Source: Octopus sinensis
Taxonomy: Eukaryota
Assembly: GCF_006345805.1 (NCBI RefSeq)
Contig: NC_043001.1
Coordinates: 119,536,001-119,600,000 of the forward strand
Length of the DNA stretch: 64,000 nucleotides
Direction: 5' to 3'
Shown: in pieces, positions 52,151-64,000 of the stretch
Layout of the letters: each line of letters begins with the position of its first letter
Numbering within the stretch: position 1 is the stretch's first letter
Made by a program: the position numbers and the translations under genes
The notes under the pieces: generated by a model
Seen by the model: only the letters and a program-made list of their open reading frames with translations
What the model was told of the DNA's origin: nothing
The model's database searches: none

Positions 52151-52479
52151 TCCAACATCAAAGTGGATTACAACACTTTAGATTATGATTACAACTTCAT
52201 TCTCAGAATAATATTCATTTCACTCAGGTGATAACAGAAAAAAAGGTGCACAAGATTACAAATAACGTCAATAACTTCTTTAGCAAAAGCCCAACAACAT
52301 TGTGTTGGAGAGCAAACCATCAGGAGCAGTGAACAACAATTACCACACATTGAGCGAGTTATCTTACGTCCTTCTGTAAATAGAGAAATACATTCAGTAG
52401 TGAGAAAATGTAACACACTGGATTCTTACACCACGTCCACTTCCATACCATAAACGTAATGGTGGTGGTAGCGAAGAAG

Positions 52480-52705
52480 GAAGGAAAGAAGGAAGGAATG
52501 AAGGAAGAAAAAGAAGAGGAAGAGGAAGAAGAGGAGGAAGAAGAAGAAGAAGAAGAAGAAGAAGACGAAGAAGAAGAAGAAGAAGACGAAGAAGAAGAAG
52601 AAGAAGAAGAAGAAGAAGAAGAAGAAGAAGAAGAAGAAGAAGAAGAAGAAGAAGAAGAAGAAGAAGAAGAAGAAGAAGAAGAAGAAGAAGAAGAAGAAAA
52701 AGAAG
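52480..52705. repeat. (GAA)n microsatellite
   Basis: Read directly; source of the poly-E and poly-S ORFs. Confidence 0.95.
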
Positions 52706-53839
52706 CAGAAGAATTCATCTTCTTAGAATATTGTAACTGTTCAAATATCAAACATGAAAGAATTGGTATGTTATAGAAAATCTGCACTGACATGGATAAG
52801 GATAGATGCATGTATGTTGGTGTGTTGTGAGATGAAAAAGAGACTAACGAACGAAGAACCCTTTGGCTGAAAAGATAGCTTCTATTCCAACTCAACATAC
52901 AACTTTTAGCTTGTTTTTTGTTGTTGTTTTTTTCTTCCTTATTCTAGATTTGCTAACAAAACAATTAATGACGTAGATAAAACAGTTTGAATAGGAAATG
53001 GAAAATCGTCCTCCTTCCAGCTACAGAAATTACAATACAACAAATATAATACGGAAGTTTGCTTTTTGACTTGACTTAACAACAAACTTATCGACTTGCA
53101 AATTTCGCTAATCCCACCTCATTAGCAATGTTTAGATAGCTTTTCACTGCAACAGATTTGTCTTAATATTGATTTCTTTGGACTCGACAACAAATCACAT
53201 GCCATAAAATATGTAAGTCACACTATCTATTGTTTTGACTTACACCACAGAACCACAATGCTTTACCATTACTAAACTGTGGCCTAGTAGCCTCTGGCCA
53301 AATCCTTCTAAAATTTCTATAGTACTATTTTTTCTTCAAAAGTGGTGCTGCATCCATCCTTCGTCATGACGACATTTTACAGCTCAGAGTATCAGAGGCG
53401 ACCATAGTTTTAAAATCGAAGATTATATGTGATGTGCACCTTCCTGTTGTGTACAACTAGGGTATCATGTGATGCAAGATTTGAGCTTATTGACTGGTGA
53501 AGGTACTCTCCATAAATCACTAAGCCTATCACACATTGATTAATACACTTCATTAGAACTATCAGATGCCTGTTTATGATACTGATTCAATGATGAATCA
53601 GGAAAGAAAATTAGCCATTCGTATAGATGAAGATAATAATAGTGTTTAATAACTAGTGAATTAGAGCAGGAATCTTTCAACAGGTGAAGTCTAGAAGCCA
53701 ATTTCAATTGTCAACTAATTCATTTCATTTGTATTGTTAATGTTTGAGATCATACCGAGATCAACTTTCATATATAATCGACTATATTCAGTTCCCTAAA
53801 TTTAAGACCTTGTTCTCATATTAAAAGTCAGCACTTGAA

Positions 53840-53889
53840 AAATCTGATAGGAGTGAAGAGCACTCTTGCTCTTCACTCCTATCAGATTT
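53840..53889. other. Perfect 23-bp stem, 4-nt loop hairpin
   Basis: AAATCTGATAGGAGTGAAGAGCA-CTCT-TGCTCTTCACTCCTATCAGATTT; arms are exact reverse complements. Confidence 0.95.
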
Positions 53890-54085
53890 GTGTCTAGGTC
53901 AAAAAGAATCAACGGCAGAAAATTAACAGAAAAATAAATGCACGAATTTTGTTGTTTTTAATATTTGGTGTATGGCATCCGAAGTAAATTGATAGTGTTC
54001 AACTGGTCCTCTTATAATCATCAGTTTCTGCTTACTCACTATAGTGATGATTTTTCACTTACATCACCAATACGTGCTCCAGCCG

Positions 54086-54150
54086 TAAGGTGGTGCTCCA
54101 GCATGGCCTCAGTCAAATGACTGAAACAAGTGAAAGAATAAAAGATTATA
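54086..54150 (+). mobile_element. SINE-B 3' tail fragment
   Basis: AAGGTGGTGCTCCAGCATGGCCTCAGTCAAATGACTGAAACAAGTGAAAGAATAAAAG. Confidence 0.8.
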
Positions 54151-55364
54151 AAACATCATGACTGTCACTACATGACATTCATCGTGTTTTGTAATGCAGG
54201 TATTTTAATATTTTGCGCATGTCTCCTATACAAGCAAAATATATGCCATAGTAAGATATATGCATTAATCTGTTGCTTGACTGCAGGTCAGCCTGTCCAG
54301 GCAGACCTACGATCAAAGGCATCTCAGTTGTGATCATCCGTACATAGGTTCAGGTTCAGTGCATCAAAGACTACATCATCTAATGTGAATATATTTTTTA
54401 AAATAGTAGAATATGACTAGAGTGAGATTTAGCTACTACTTCTAACAGGTTGAACGACTACGTGGAAGCTTCTCGTTGGGTCGTTAAACATTAAGTTACG
54501 GCGTTGGGTAGTAAGACTGGATATATAGACAGATATATCAATGTTCTGTTTTCAAATTTCACCAGAGTATTCTTTACCTTTTATCCCTCTATGGTCGATA
54601 ATTTTACTATCTAGGCCCTTATCCCAAATGTATTGATTTGACTTGTTGCCAAATTAATATATTGGTTTTAGGTATCTACATCTAGTATTTAAATGATAGA
54701 ACATGACATCTTAAATATATGACGTGTGTGAAGTGTGTGAAAATATGTATGTAAGAGTTCTTAAGAAGTTTTGAATGTTAACTAGAATGTTTACAACCAT
54801 TATTTACTTTAGATGCTTCCTTAATTTTTATTCTGGTTTCAGTTTGTTGTTTATCATTATCACTTTTCATTTACGCGCCCATGCGCGCGTCTGTATAGAT
54901 TAGCTCTCTTTTGAAAGTTTGTTGCCACATATACAGCCGTGATTTTCTTACTATTTTCCCAACTTAATCGTTATTCTTGCTTCTAAAAATGTATATATAA
55001 CTATCGGAAGATGTGCATTTATATGTGTATGTTGAATGCTTTGTGTATATTGTTCTCCCATTTAAAATGTTTCTCAACTCTCAAGAGTGTCTGCAAATCC
55101 ATCAAAAAGCAAACAAAAACTATCGATTATTAAACAAAGTAGATATTTAAAGTAAAGGGGAAAACTCGAGGAAAGTTTTTCGCCCATATTTAACTGACAC
55201 TATTAATTCTTCTGCTTTCTCTTGATCTTAATGTTGTGGTTTTTTACGAGACTGATGATCTAGTTTTTTTTAAATACAAATTCTAGTAATATTTTTTTTG
55301 TCAAACAAGTTTTCTTTACTTTTTAAATGCTACAAAAAATTAAAACACGCACACGCTACTTACT

Positions 55365-55550
55365 TCTAATCTTGTCACAAAGCCAGCAATTTTTGAGGGG
55401 AGTGAAAAGTTGCTTACATCGATTCCAGTGATCAAATGGTACTTTTTTATCGACCCCGGAAGGATGAAAGACAAAGTTGACATCGATTGTAGCCGGGAGA
55501 AATGCCTTCAAGCGTTTCTACCTGGCGGGCTGGTGATTCTGTTACTCGCT
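55365..55550 (-). mobile_element. SINE-A copy
   Basis: CACAAAGCCAGCAATTT...TTTTATCGACCCCGGAAGGATGAAAGACAAAGTTGAC on the + strand. Confidence 0.8.
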
Positions 55551-55595
55551 ACACACATGCACACATACACACACATGCACACATACACACATGTG

Positions 55596-55660
<65 letters not shown>

Positions 55661-57081
55661 GTGTGTATGTATATACGCACACATCATATCGTACACTAAG
55701 GATCGAGCCTTGATCCATGTTGCTGTAAAGTTAACTTCCTTGCTGCATAATCCCTATAAAAAAGTATAAAAGACGATAAATGGAAATTGTTTTCTTTTCC
55801 GTGCATCCTTTATGACTGGCATAGTTTTTATTTTTATTTTTATTTTTTGTAAAGTAATGATTTATTGTATATCTATTTATTCCTGTAGTCATAATGGTAA
55901 TTAAATTCCAGTTGCGTATTTCAATCTTAATTGTTGTCGTCAATGTAATATTGAATTCTTGTTTTCAATTCATTTATTTATGGAAATCAGGCCAGTTTCT
56001 TTTTTCAAGTCATAAGGAGAGAGGAGAGAGAAACTTCAAATGTCTTGTTTTTTTCTGCCATCGGATTTAGTGACGGTTGTTCTTCAATCGTTATACAAAT
56101 TTAGCTATTTGCCGATGACTTCCATTTTTAAGCCTCTTTCTCTTGGTTTCCCACCACCTCTTCCTACCACCAAAAGAAAACGGATAGCCTAATCAGAGTG
56201 ATGCTTCTAAAAGCAACAGATTCGCGACCGTAATTTAATAACAAATAAAGATGGGTTCATTAACGTGTGATGTTGTTCACAACGCAGTGCAACTGCAAGC
56301 CGACAGCTAGATGAAGAACGTGAAGAGCCCAAGAACCGAGTATACCTGGCTCCCCTAACATGCACGAACACGAAATATTGCTGTAATTGAAATCAATAGA
56401 AAAATCCTCCCAAACTGGAAAATATTGCTTCGACAGGGTAAGATGTAGACATATATGTGTGCCGATGAATATTTGAGTAATGTGAGCTGAGTCAAGTTGT
56501 TATTGAAATAGTTACAAATTGCATGTGTTGCGCGCTACTTTCTTTCGTTTGTTTGCGTCATACATTTATGTGTATGGGTGTGTGCTGTTGCTCGAATTTA
56601 AATGTTCGCGGAAGTGTTTTTTGTTGTTTTGTTGTTGTTTTTTCATTTAAGTTGGTAGTGAAATAACAGGCTGTTTAAAGCGTCGAATAGTATTGCTCAC
56701 GTTATTTTTTCTTGCTATTTATCTGCACTCTGAGTTCAAATCTTACCGAAGTCGACTTTGCTTTTCGGCGGTCACTGAAATGAAAAGTATCACTCCAAGC
56801 AGAACCGTATGAACATTGTACATGATGCTATGCGGTAACTGTCCCGGAGTTCTGAATTCAAATTCTGTCAAGACCTATTAGATATGTCGTCCACTTTAAC
56901 AGCACCACCTTGCGATTTCCTAGCCTTTAGCCAAATTCACTCTAACGATTCTGCCAGCTAACTACCTTGTATTGGCATGAAATAATAATCGGATATTTGA
57001 TAATGAAAGCACCATCGATTATTCACTGCACTTCTACTATAATTACTGATAGCATTGTTTTGATGTTTTTACCTTTTCTCA

Positions 57082-57407
57082 GATTATTAGAGGACAGTAT
57101 TGTAAACGTTGAGCTTTATGTAAGGACAAAGACGGACAAAATGCTGCTAAAAACACAAACATAACCACTAACGAGATTATCGTTTAGCGGGCAACATGCT
57201 CTCACTATACTTTTCTGATGTAAATAATCCCAACTGTAAACCTATGCAGATATATTAAAACTGACACGTATTAATGCATTTATTATGTTTCGCTAAGACA
57301 GCGAGCTGGCAGAATCTGTAACACGCCGGACAAAATGCTTAGCGGAGCTTTTTTCGTTTTTGCCCTTACATAAAGCTCGATGTTTACTATACTATCCTCT
57401 AATAATC
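57082..57407. repeat. 53-bp inverted repeat (47/53 identical) enclosing a SINE-A head (57296-57370)
   Basis: Arms 57082-57134 and 57355-57407 aligned by hand; both strands give RLLEDSIVN-ELYVR in the ORF track. Confidence 0.85.
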
Positions 57408-58049
57408 GGTAATTATAGTAGAAGTGCAGTGAATGATCGATGGATGTTTCGTTATTTTGTAGAACTGAGTTTAAACCTTGCAATGGGTTCCGAGAGAAGA
57501 CGAATACTTCTTGTAATATGATAAAAAACGAGTGTGGTGTTTGAAACTATAAGCAGTCGTCCAAATGTACTTGTATCGTCCTTCTCGGTTCTGGACATAA
57601 ATTCCATTTGAATCTATTATGCTTTCCCTTTCTATACTGATAAAATTAAGTATGAGTAATATACAGAGATCAATGTGTTTCAATTGACTATACACTCGTC
57701 GTGACGAAAGAAGTCATTATTATACACGACATCCCAAAAGTCCTTACAGAGATATAGGAACAATCAGATAATCGTTAAAAATATGACAAAAGCCTATTTT
57801 CCTTGACCTAATTGTTTACAGCATTTTATTTTATTTATTTATTTAAGCATGTATAAACAAGTTTGCTGCTTTAGACATGCAGTTTGTCAATATGAAGTTA
57901 AGTATGATATGTAAGCAATAAGTGATGATGGGAAAGTAATGAAGAGGTAGAAAGCAGAGAAGTATGGAGGACGTAACAAAAGAGACAGACAAACAAAAGG
58001 AGCTACGAGGGGGAAAGAGAAACAGCCTATAATGAGGTTCGACCTTAGT

Positions 58050-58058
58050 GTCTTTCTT

Positions 58059-58151
<93 letters not shown>

Positions 58152-58188
58152 GTTGTTATTCCTTCGTAGGTAAAAATGTACCGGAATC

Positions 58189-58220
<32 letters not shown>

Positions 58221-58228
58221 TGTTATTA

Positions 58229-58263
<35 letters not shown>

Positions 58264-58267
58264 TTTA

Positions 58268-58316
<49 letters not shown>

Positions 58317-58338
58317 CATTATTATTATTATTATTATT
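58050..58338. repeat. (TTC)n/(ATT)n arrays
   Basis: Read directly. Confidence 0.95.
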
Positions 58339-58777
58339 GAGTGAGCGAGCAGAGCATGCCATCAAAGTGACACTGGGGTAAAATATACGAAGCCCAATAT
58401 ACCCATCATGACTACCCGTCTGATAAAGGTACACCAGGCACATGCATCACAACCATATGTGCGCGACATGGTGATCTCATATCAAGATAAACAGCACATG
58501 ACCTTGCAGGTGGGGCCCAGTTATAATTTTCTTCAGGTCGAGTAGCCCATCCTGCTCAAAAGGTTCCTGAATAAGGGTTGCTTTAGGATGTTGAACGAAA
58601 CACCTATGTTTCCAGAGGTGAATTATTCAAACTCCAAAGAATCCCTCTCAACACATGGCTATGATGCTCCCCCACTACTTCTGCTCGTGATCAGAGATGC
58701 ACGTATTGTCAGCCACTAAGGGACATGCTGAACTGGTTAAGGTCAAACAACTGACAAGCAAATCTGTGGTACTGAGC

Positions 58778-58779
<2 letters not shown>
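58339..58779 (-). mobile_element. About 440-bp non-coding insert exactly between (ATT)n arrays; probable retroelement 3' region
   Basis: Sharp (ATT)n boundaries on both sides, no TIRs or ORF. Strand and class are inferred by analogy with the R4/Dong pieces. Confidence 0.55.
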
Positions 58780-58845
<66 letters not shown>

Positions 58846-58857
58846 CATTATTATTAT

Positions 58858-58923
<66 letters not shown>

Positions 58924-59005
58924 TATTATTTGTTATTATTGCTATTATTATTATTATTATTATTATTTGTTTTTGTTATTGTTATCATTATTATTATTAT
59001 TATTA
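58780..59005. repeat. (ATT)n array
   Basis: Read directly. Confidence 0.95.
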
Positions 59006-59656
59006 TTTACATGTCAAAATATCTTCAAACAAATCGTACAATACATGCTCATTGAAAATTAGGAGTGGGGGATGAACTGGCATTTCCCTCCATTCAACAG
59101 CCTAGCGAGATTTTCCAGGTAATTTTTCATAATTATGGTGCACTATTTACAAATTACTTGTTATTAAAGTAACAATAACATTAATTAAAATTGGAAAATT
59201 TCGGCAGGAAACTGCTAATTTGCAACCCTTTGATTTATTTCTTCAACATTTTTTGGAGAGTAAACAGAAAAAACAGAAAAACCAACATTAATTTGTTTTC
59301 TTATGGTTGTAAAGCTCTCCTTTTCACATTATTACTACACGCTAAGAATACATATTGCAACTACAATTTTCATATATGCGACGTTCATTTCTTTCTCAGA
59401 GGCATTAACAGCGTCAGTGGTGTGGATTTGTTTCAACCAGTAATCAAAATAATTTTATGGACTCTGTTTGCCAGTTCTAGTTTATCCTATCGTCTTCTTT
59501 TTCTTTTTGTTCGCATGAAAGAAGATTATATTGTTGTCTAACTAAACTTCTGAGACAAAGTTATTGCGATAGTAATTTAAATTTTCCGGATTATTGATTT
59601 GTCTTTAATATTCAACTGAAAATCTCATTTTTCTAAGCAGAGTCAAAACTATCTTA

Positions 59657-59672
59657 ACTATTAAACTCTATC

Positions 59673-59742
<70 letters not shown>
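59657..59742. repeat. (TG)n microsatellite
   Basis: Read directly. Confidence 0.95.
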
Positions 59743-59744
<2 letters not shown>

Positions 59745-61924
59745 CACGCGTGTGTGTATTTACGTAAGAATAAGACATCTGTAAACAGTTTGAAATTAGA
59801 GTGATCGAATCACCGTGATAAGAAAATCCAAATGATGAAATTAATTATCCCAAAATATTAAAATATCAATAATGGCTTCTTTTGAGTGAGATCAAATGGC
59901 ATTATCCCTTTTGCATAGTCTTTATCGGTTTAAGTGCAGCGCGTTAGCTTAAACTGCGTTGTGAACAGTGTCCCGAGTTCTTACAGATTGCTCTACGTTT
60001 TAATACGTCCATAAGATTAACCTACGTCGTGTATAATGACACCAGCGAATGAAATGCCTTTCATTATAATAAAAAGTCATGTATACTTCAAATACTTGAC
60101 TTGTCATACATCTACGTGATCTATTGTGTAGCTTTTTTTATTCTCTGTGCAAATCCTTATTTTTATCACAATCGTGGGTTTTATTGACATTTACCAACAC
60201 TCATGACATAAGAAAAAAAAAAGTGTTTTCAATGAATACATTGAGGTATAAACACATTAATGTAAAATGCGTCGGTAAATAATGCTTCTGGCATATCTCT
60301 CGTTGCCTAGCATCCAGTATCCTGTTTAATTTGTGTTCAAATAAGCTATCTTTCCAACATCATTGAATCGATGCCACTTGTAATCGAGTGTGATCGTTCG
60401 TCAAATGTCATCCTCGTTTAGAAAAGGTGCAGATGTCTCAGGCAGTGCAGAGCCAGACTTTGTGCTTTTTACTTTCTTGATATCTGCGCTGCAAAGTCTT
60501 TATTCAGCTCCAGAAGACGTCGTCTTTACAACGTGGTTTTTATTTCCAGTTATCATTTATTTTTATTCACTACCCATATTTTCCTTTCTCGCTAAGGTTG
60601 TTGAACTCTTTTATTCATATCTTCATGTTCTTATGGATATGACACTGGTCAAAGCCATGACCTAGTATTCGACGACGCAACCATGCATCATACATTTTTG
60701 TCTAGTAGTTTGCTGTTTGAACCACTTCAGGGTACACTTGATTCCCTAATAAGTATTACATACTACTCGGTCTCTAAGGTGACAGTCGACTGGCAGGTCA
60801 TTTGTATCCCGTCGCTAATGCTATGGTCCAGCCATTAAACATTTAAATCACTCCTCGCTTAAACAACAAGAACAATTTGTTGCTGTAGGTTACCAAAAGC
60901 ATCGTAAAATGAACAGCTGTTTGTTTAATTGTAGTGCTTGTAGTACAACTCGTTGCAGGTCTGGGGAAACAAGACCAATTAATTACAAACAAATTTTAAC
61001 CGGAAACTATATGTAACTCTCTTTATTTTTTAATAATTTTAGGGAGAAAAAATGTTGATTTGTTTAACAACTTTCGTCTTTTCTTATTTATTCATACAAT
61101 ACTGGTGTTAAGTAGCTCACCGTTTGATTTGGGCTTTATTCCCGATTTAATATTGCATGAGACAACTGGTGTGCAAGAGCCTGCTTCACATTAAACCGTT
61201 CACATACAAGCATCTACAACCTTGTCACATATTCATTTTATCTAGCTTAAGAGAAACAAAAATCAAGTCAGTTTTTTTTTTTTAATTTTTAATTTTTTTT
61301 CTTTTTTAGGCAAAGACTATAACTCTGTCGGATAAAAAACAGTGATTTTGTCCCACGCACCGGTTTTTTGCTGAAAAATAGTATCTGTATTTGGTTAAAT
61401 TATAAATTATAAGTCATAAGTGTTGGTCACTGATATAAGCCCCAAATAATGTTAGGTCTTCTGTTCAGCATACTAGATAAAAGACCATTGATCTGAGGGG
61501 TGGATCTAATCAATTATATTATTTTATCGATTTTGAAAGGACGAAACACAAAGTCAACCACAAGTTTGAGACCACGTTTTGAATTTGCTGCCACTCATCG
61601 TCGTTGTATTGCACGTGTGAGTGAGTGAGTGAGTGAGTGAGTGAGTGAGTGAGTGAGTGAGTGAGTGAGCGAGTGAGTGAGTGAGTATGTATATGTGTGT
61701 GTGCGTGTGTGCGTGCGTGCAGGGAGAGAGAGAAGTGGGGGAACAGTCAATAAAATCGACTTTTAACTTAAATGTTACATGTCAACTCAAGCAAAACTGG
61801 AATGCACAACGTAAATGAATTTAACCGAATACAGATATTTTCTTTTTCTTTTTGTTAACCGTCGATCTAATAATTATGCATTCTACAACCTTGAATATTA
61901 TAGTAACAACAATAATATCTGGGT

Positions 61925-62285
61925 GCAGCAGATTTACAACAGATTTGGGGAAGTGATGCAGTCGATTCAAATGACCCCCAGAATTTGAGTAATCTATTTA
62001 ATCGAACCTGGATGGTTGATATGCGAGGCAGAGTCATTTTGCGTTTTGAGTTGAAATCGAAACTAAAAGGGACGCATTAAATTATCACAAGGTATCATGT
62101 CCATATCCGGTCATCCAGTATTCCGATAATAATAGTAATGATAGCACAAGGTCAAAAGTTTGTGGAATGGGTAAGCATCAATCAAATTGATTTGGTGCAT
62201 ACCTGATACTTATTTTATAAATCCATGAGGAAAGAAAAATAAAGACAGTTTCAGTAAAATTTGAACTCGGAAGTAACGGAGCTGT
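61925..62285 (-). mobile_element. Two decayed SINE-A pieces (about 61925-62030 and 62140-62285)
   Basis: GCACAAGGTC 3' end, TACTTATTTTAT and AAATTTGAACTCGGAA on the + strand. Confidence 0.5.
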
Positions 62286-63535
62286 CCCACTTTACGTTTG
62301 TTCATAGAATCTCGATAACATTAATACCTGTAATATTCTATGGTAAATCAAGTCAATAATTGGCCTCGGGCCTAAGTAAGAAAGCATTATTTTATTTCTG
62401 CGTACTGAATTCAATTTAACTCTTTTTCATCGTTCATGATTCATGGCTGTTTTTGACATGTACTTTCCTAATTTAAACTTCTCTCTACTGAGTGCTTTCA
62501 ACAATTTCTTCAGAAACTGCATCATAACTACATTAACCGGGCTAAAACCTCAACCAGGGAAAGAAAGAAAAAATAGTATTAGTCAAAGTTTATTCTTATT
62601 TCTTGTTCTCCGCAATAAACTGGTTGCGTTATATTGATTTCGAAGCCTCGTGCGTTCAAGAAGTGCGCAGACGAAACAGCTTAATTAGCATTTGAAATTT
62701 TAATTCTGAAAACCATTTCCTTTCGAACAATCAGACAAGTTAATACAAAATCATATCCGCTATTTTTTTATACATCAACTTAATAGAAAATTCCTTCATT
62801 TTATTTCTAAAACAAACTGTTCGCTCTCTTTGTCTTTGGGTCATTTTCATGATAAAGACAAGGAAATAAAAAATCAATTCTTTAGTTGAAATATTCAAAC
62901 ACCCTCAGGCAACAAAAGCTTATTTATTTTTGTCTTCTGAAATCTATTTGCATTTATTATTATTTATTTTTTTACGATAGTACGAGTCAGAAATTTTGCA
63001 ATCTAACAACAGTTAAAATAGGTGATCATGCATTAAAAAAGTGATGATAATAGTGTTAAAAATACATTGGAAATATATTATAACACACTGAGTGTTTATA
63101 TACCTTTCATTAAATCCGTCTTTATGAGAAAATAGTAGATTTTAAAAAAATCTACCTCTCTCAAAATTGCGAACAAACTCGATTGAATTAATATAGATAT
63201 GAAAATTTCAATTTTGGTGGGGAAAAAAGTAATTGTTTAATGCTTTTTCATTTCAAAAGGAATAAAAATGCAAATGAAGTCAATGAACTCCAACAAAGTT
63301 TCATACAACAAACTAATTTTTCTTAGCAAATTTATTGTTCTACTACTTTTTAACTAGCAGCCACATGATTAAGTTTTTAATTTTGGTATGTTACTCCAAC
63401 AATAAACCCAGAATAAGTTTGGCTAGGGTTTCGATATAATGACTCACTTCATATAGACTAGATTACCTCTAAAGTACACAAGGACACACACTCACATACA
63501 CACACACAGCACACACACACACACACACATACACA

Positions 63536-63571
<36 letters not shown>

Positions 63572-64000
63572 AGTACATTGATAATATTCATGGCTCGGAA
63601 GCGAAGTGTTCCACCAAGTAAAATATGGAACGTTTTTGACAAGGCCACGATTTAATCAACCGATGCTCGCAAACGGAGTCCTTTTGTATACGAGAAACTG
63701 CACAAATAGCAAGAGCCGGTTGTATCTCTCAATTTAATAACACTCGATCAAATTTTACTGAAAATTTAATTCCATTAAAGGTTCTAAGAATTATCCATTG
63801 CACCAATTGCTTCATATCCAACAGCTATCATCTCTTGACGGAATACAGATTGTACCACACGAGCCAAATTAGTCAATGAGAAAGAGCTCCACACATTATA
63901 CAATAAGAATCAGCTTTATTTATAGACCGCGACAGCAATATTGGTCAGTATCATGCGTCCAACAATAAGTTTTAAGTTATTGAAAAGTTAGCACGCTAGG

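Noticed and set aside
60390-60665. 91-aa ORF and a coding-looking minus-strand stretch
   Set aside because: No recognisable domain, in-frame stops on the minus strand and no convincing splice acceptor.

Overview
AT-rich eukaryotic DNA, very dense in microsatellites, with no recognisable host protein-coding gene, rRNA, tRNA gene or CRISPR array. The repeat content looks like an octopus (coleoid cephalopod) intron or intergenic region; this is inferred from recalled SINE and LINE sequences and microsatellite density, not from a database search. Nearly all ORF-track entries (poly-I/N/Y/E, MYVC, HTYI, LSIY) are translations of microsatellites. The real coding remnants belong to mobile elements. 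There are nine pieces from at least four lineages of R4/Dong-like non-LTR retrotransposons (RT with YMDD, CCHC knuckle, PD-(D/E)xK restriction-like endonuclease). Eight are on the minus strand, mostly bounded by (ATT)n/(ATC)n arrays, and they form three head-to-tail stacks (2.5-6.4, 16.6-19.9 and 48.0-51.1 kb). Also present: an internally deleted mariner with intact TIRs, a hAT-like MITE, a Helentron-type HINE, about 20 copies of a tRNA-derived SINE (family A, often in tandem pairs), a second SINE (family B), and other recurrent repeats. Structural oddities include five fold-back/palindromic elements (perfect 23-, 38- and 43-bp arms; imperfect 53- and 74-bp arms), two near-identical tandem duplications (664 bp and about 1.02 kb) with breakpoints in microsatellites, and a perfect 12-mer minisatellite. 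The best system-level candidate is microsatellite-targeted retrotransposition in which each insertion leaves a new target tract. Candidate promoter and exon signals (21.8, 35.3, 39.5, 56.4 kb) are weak and flagged as hypotheses.
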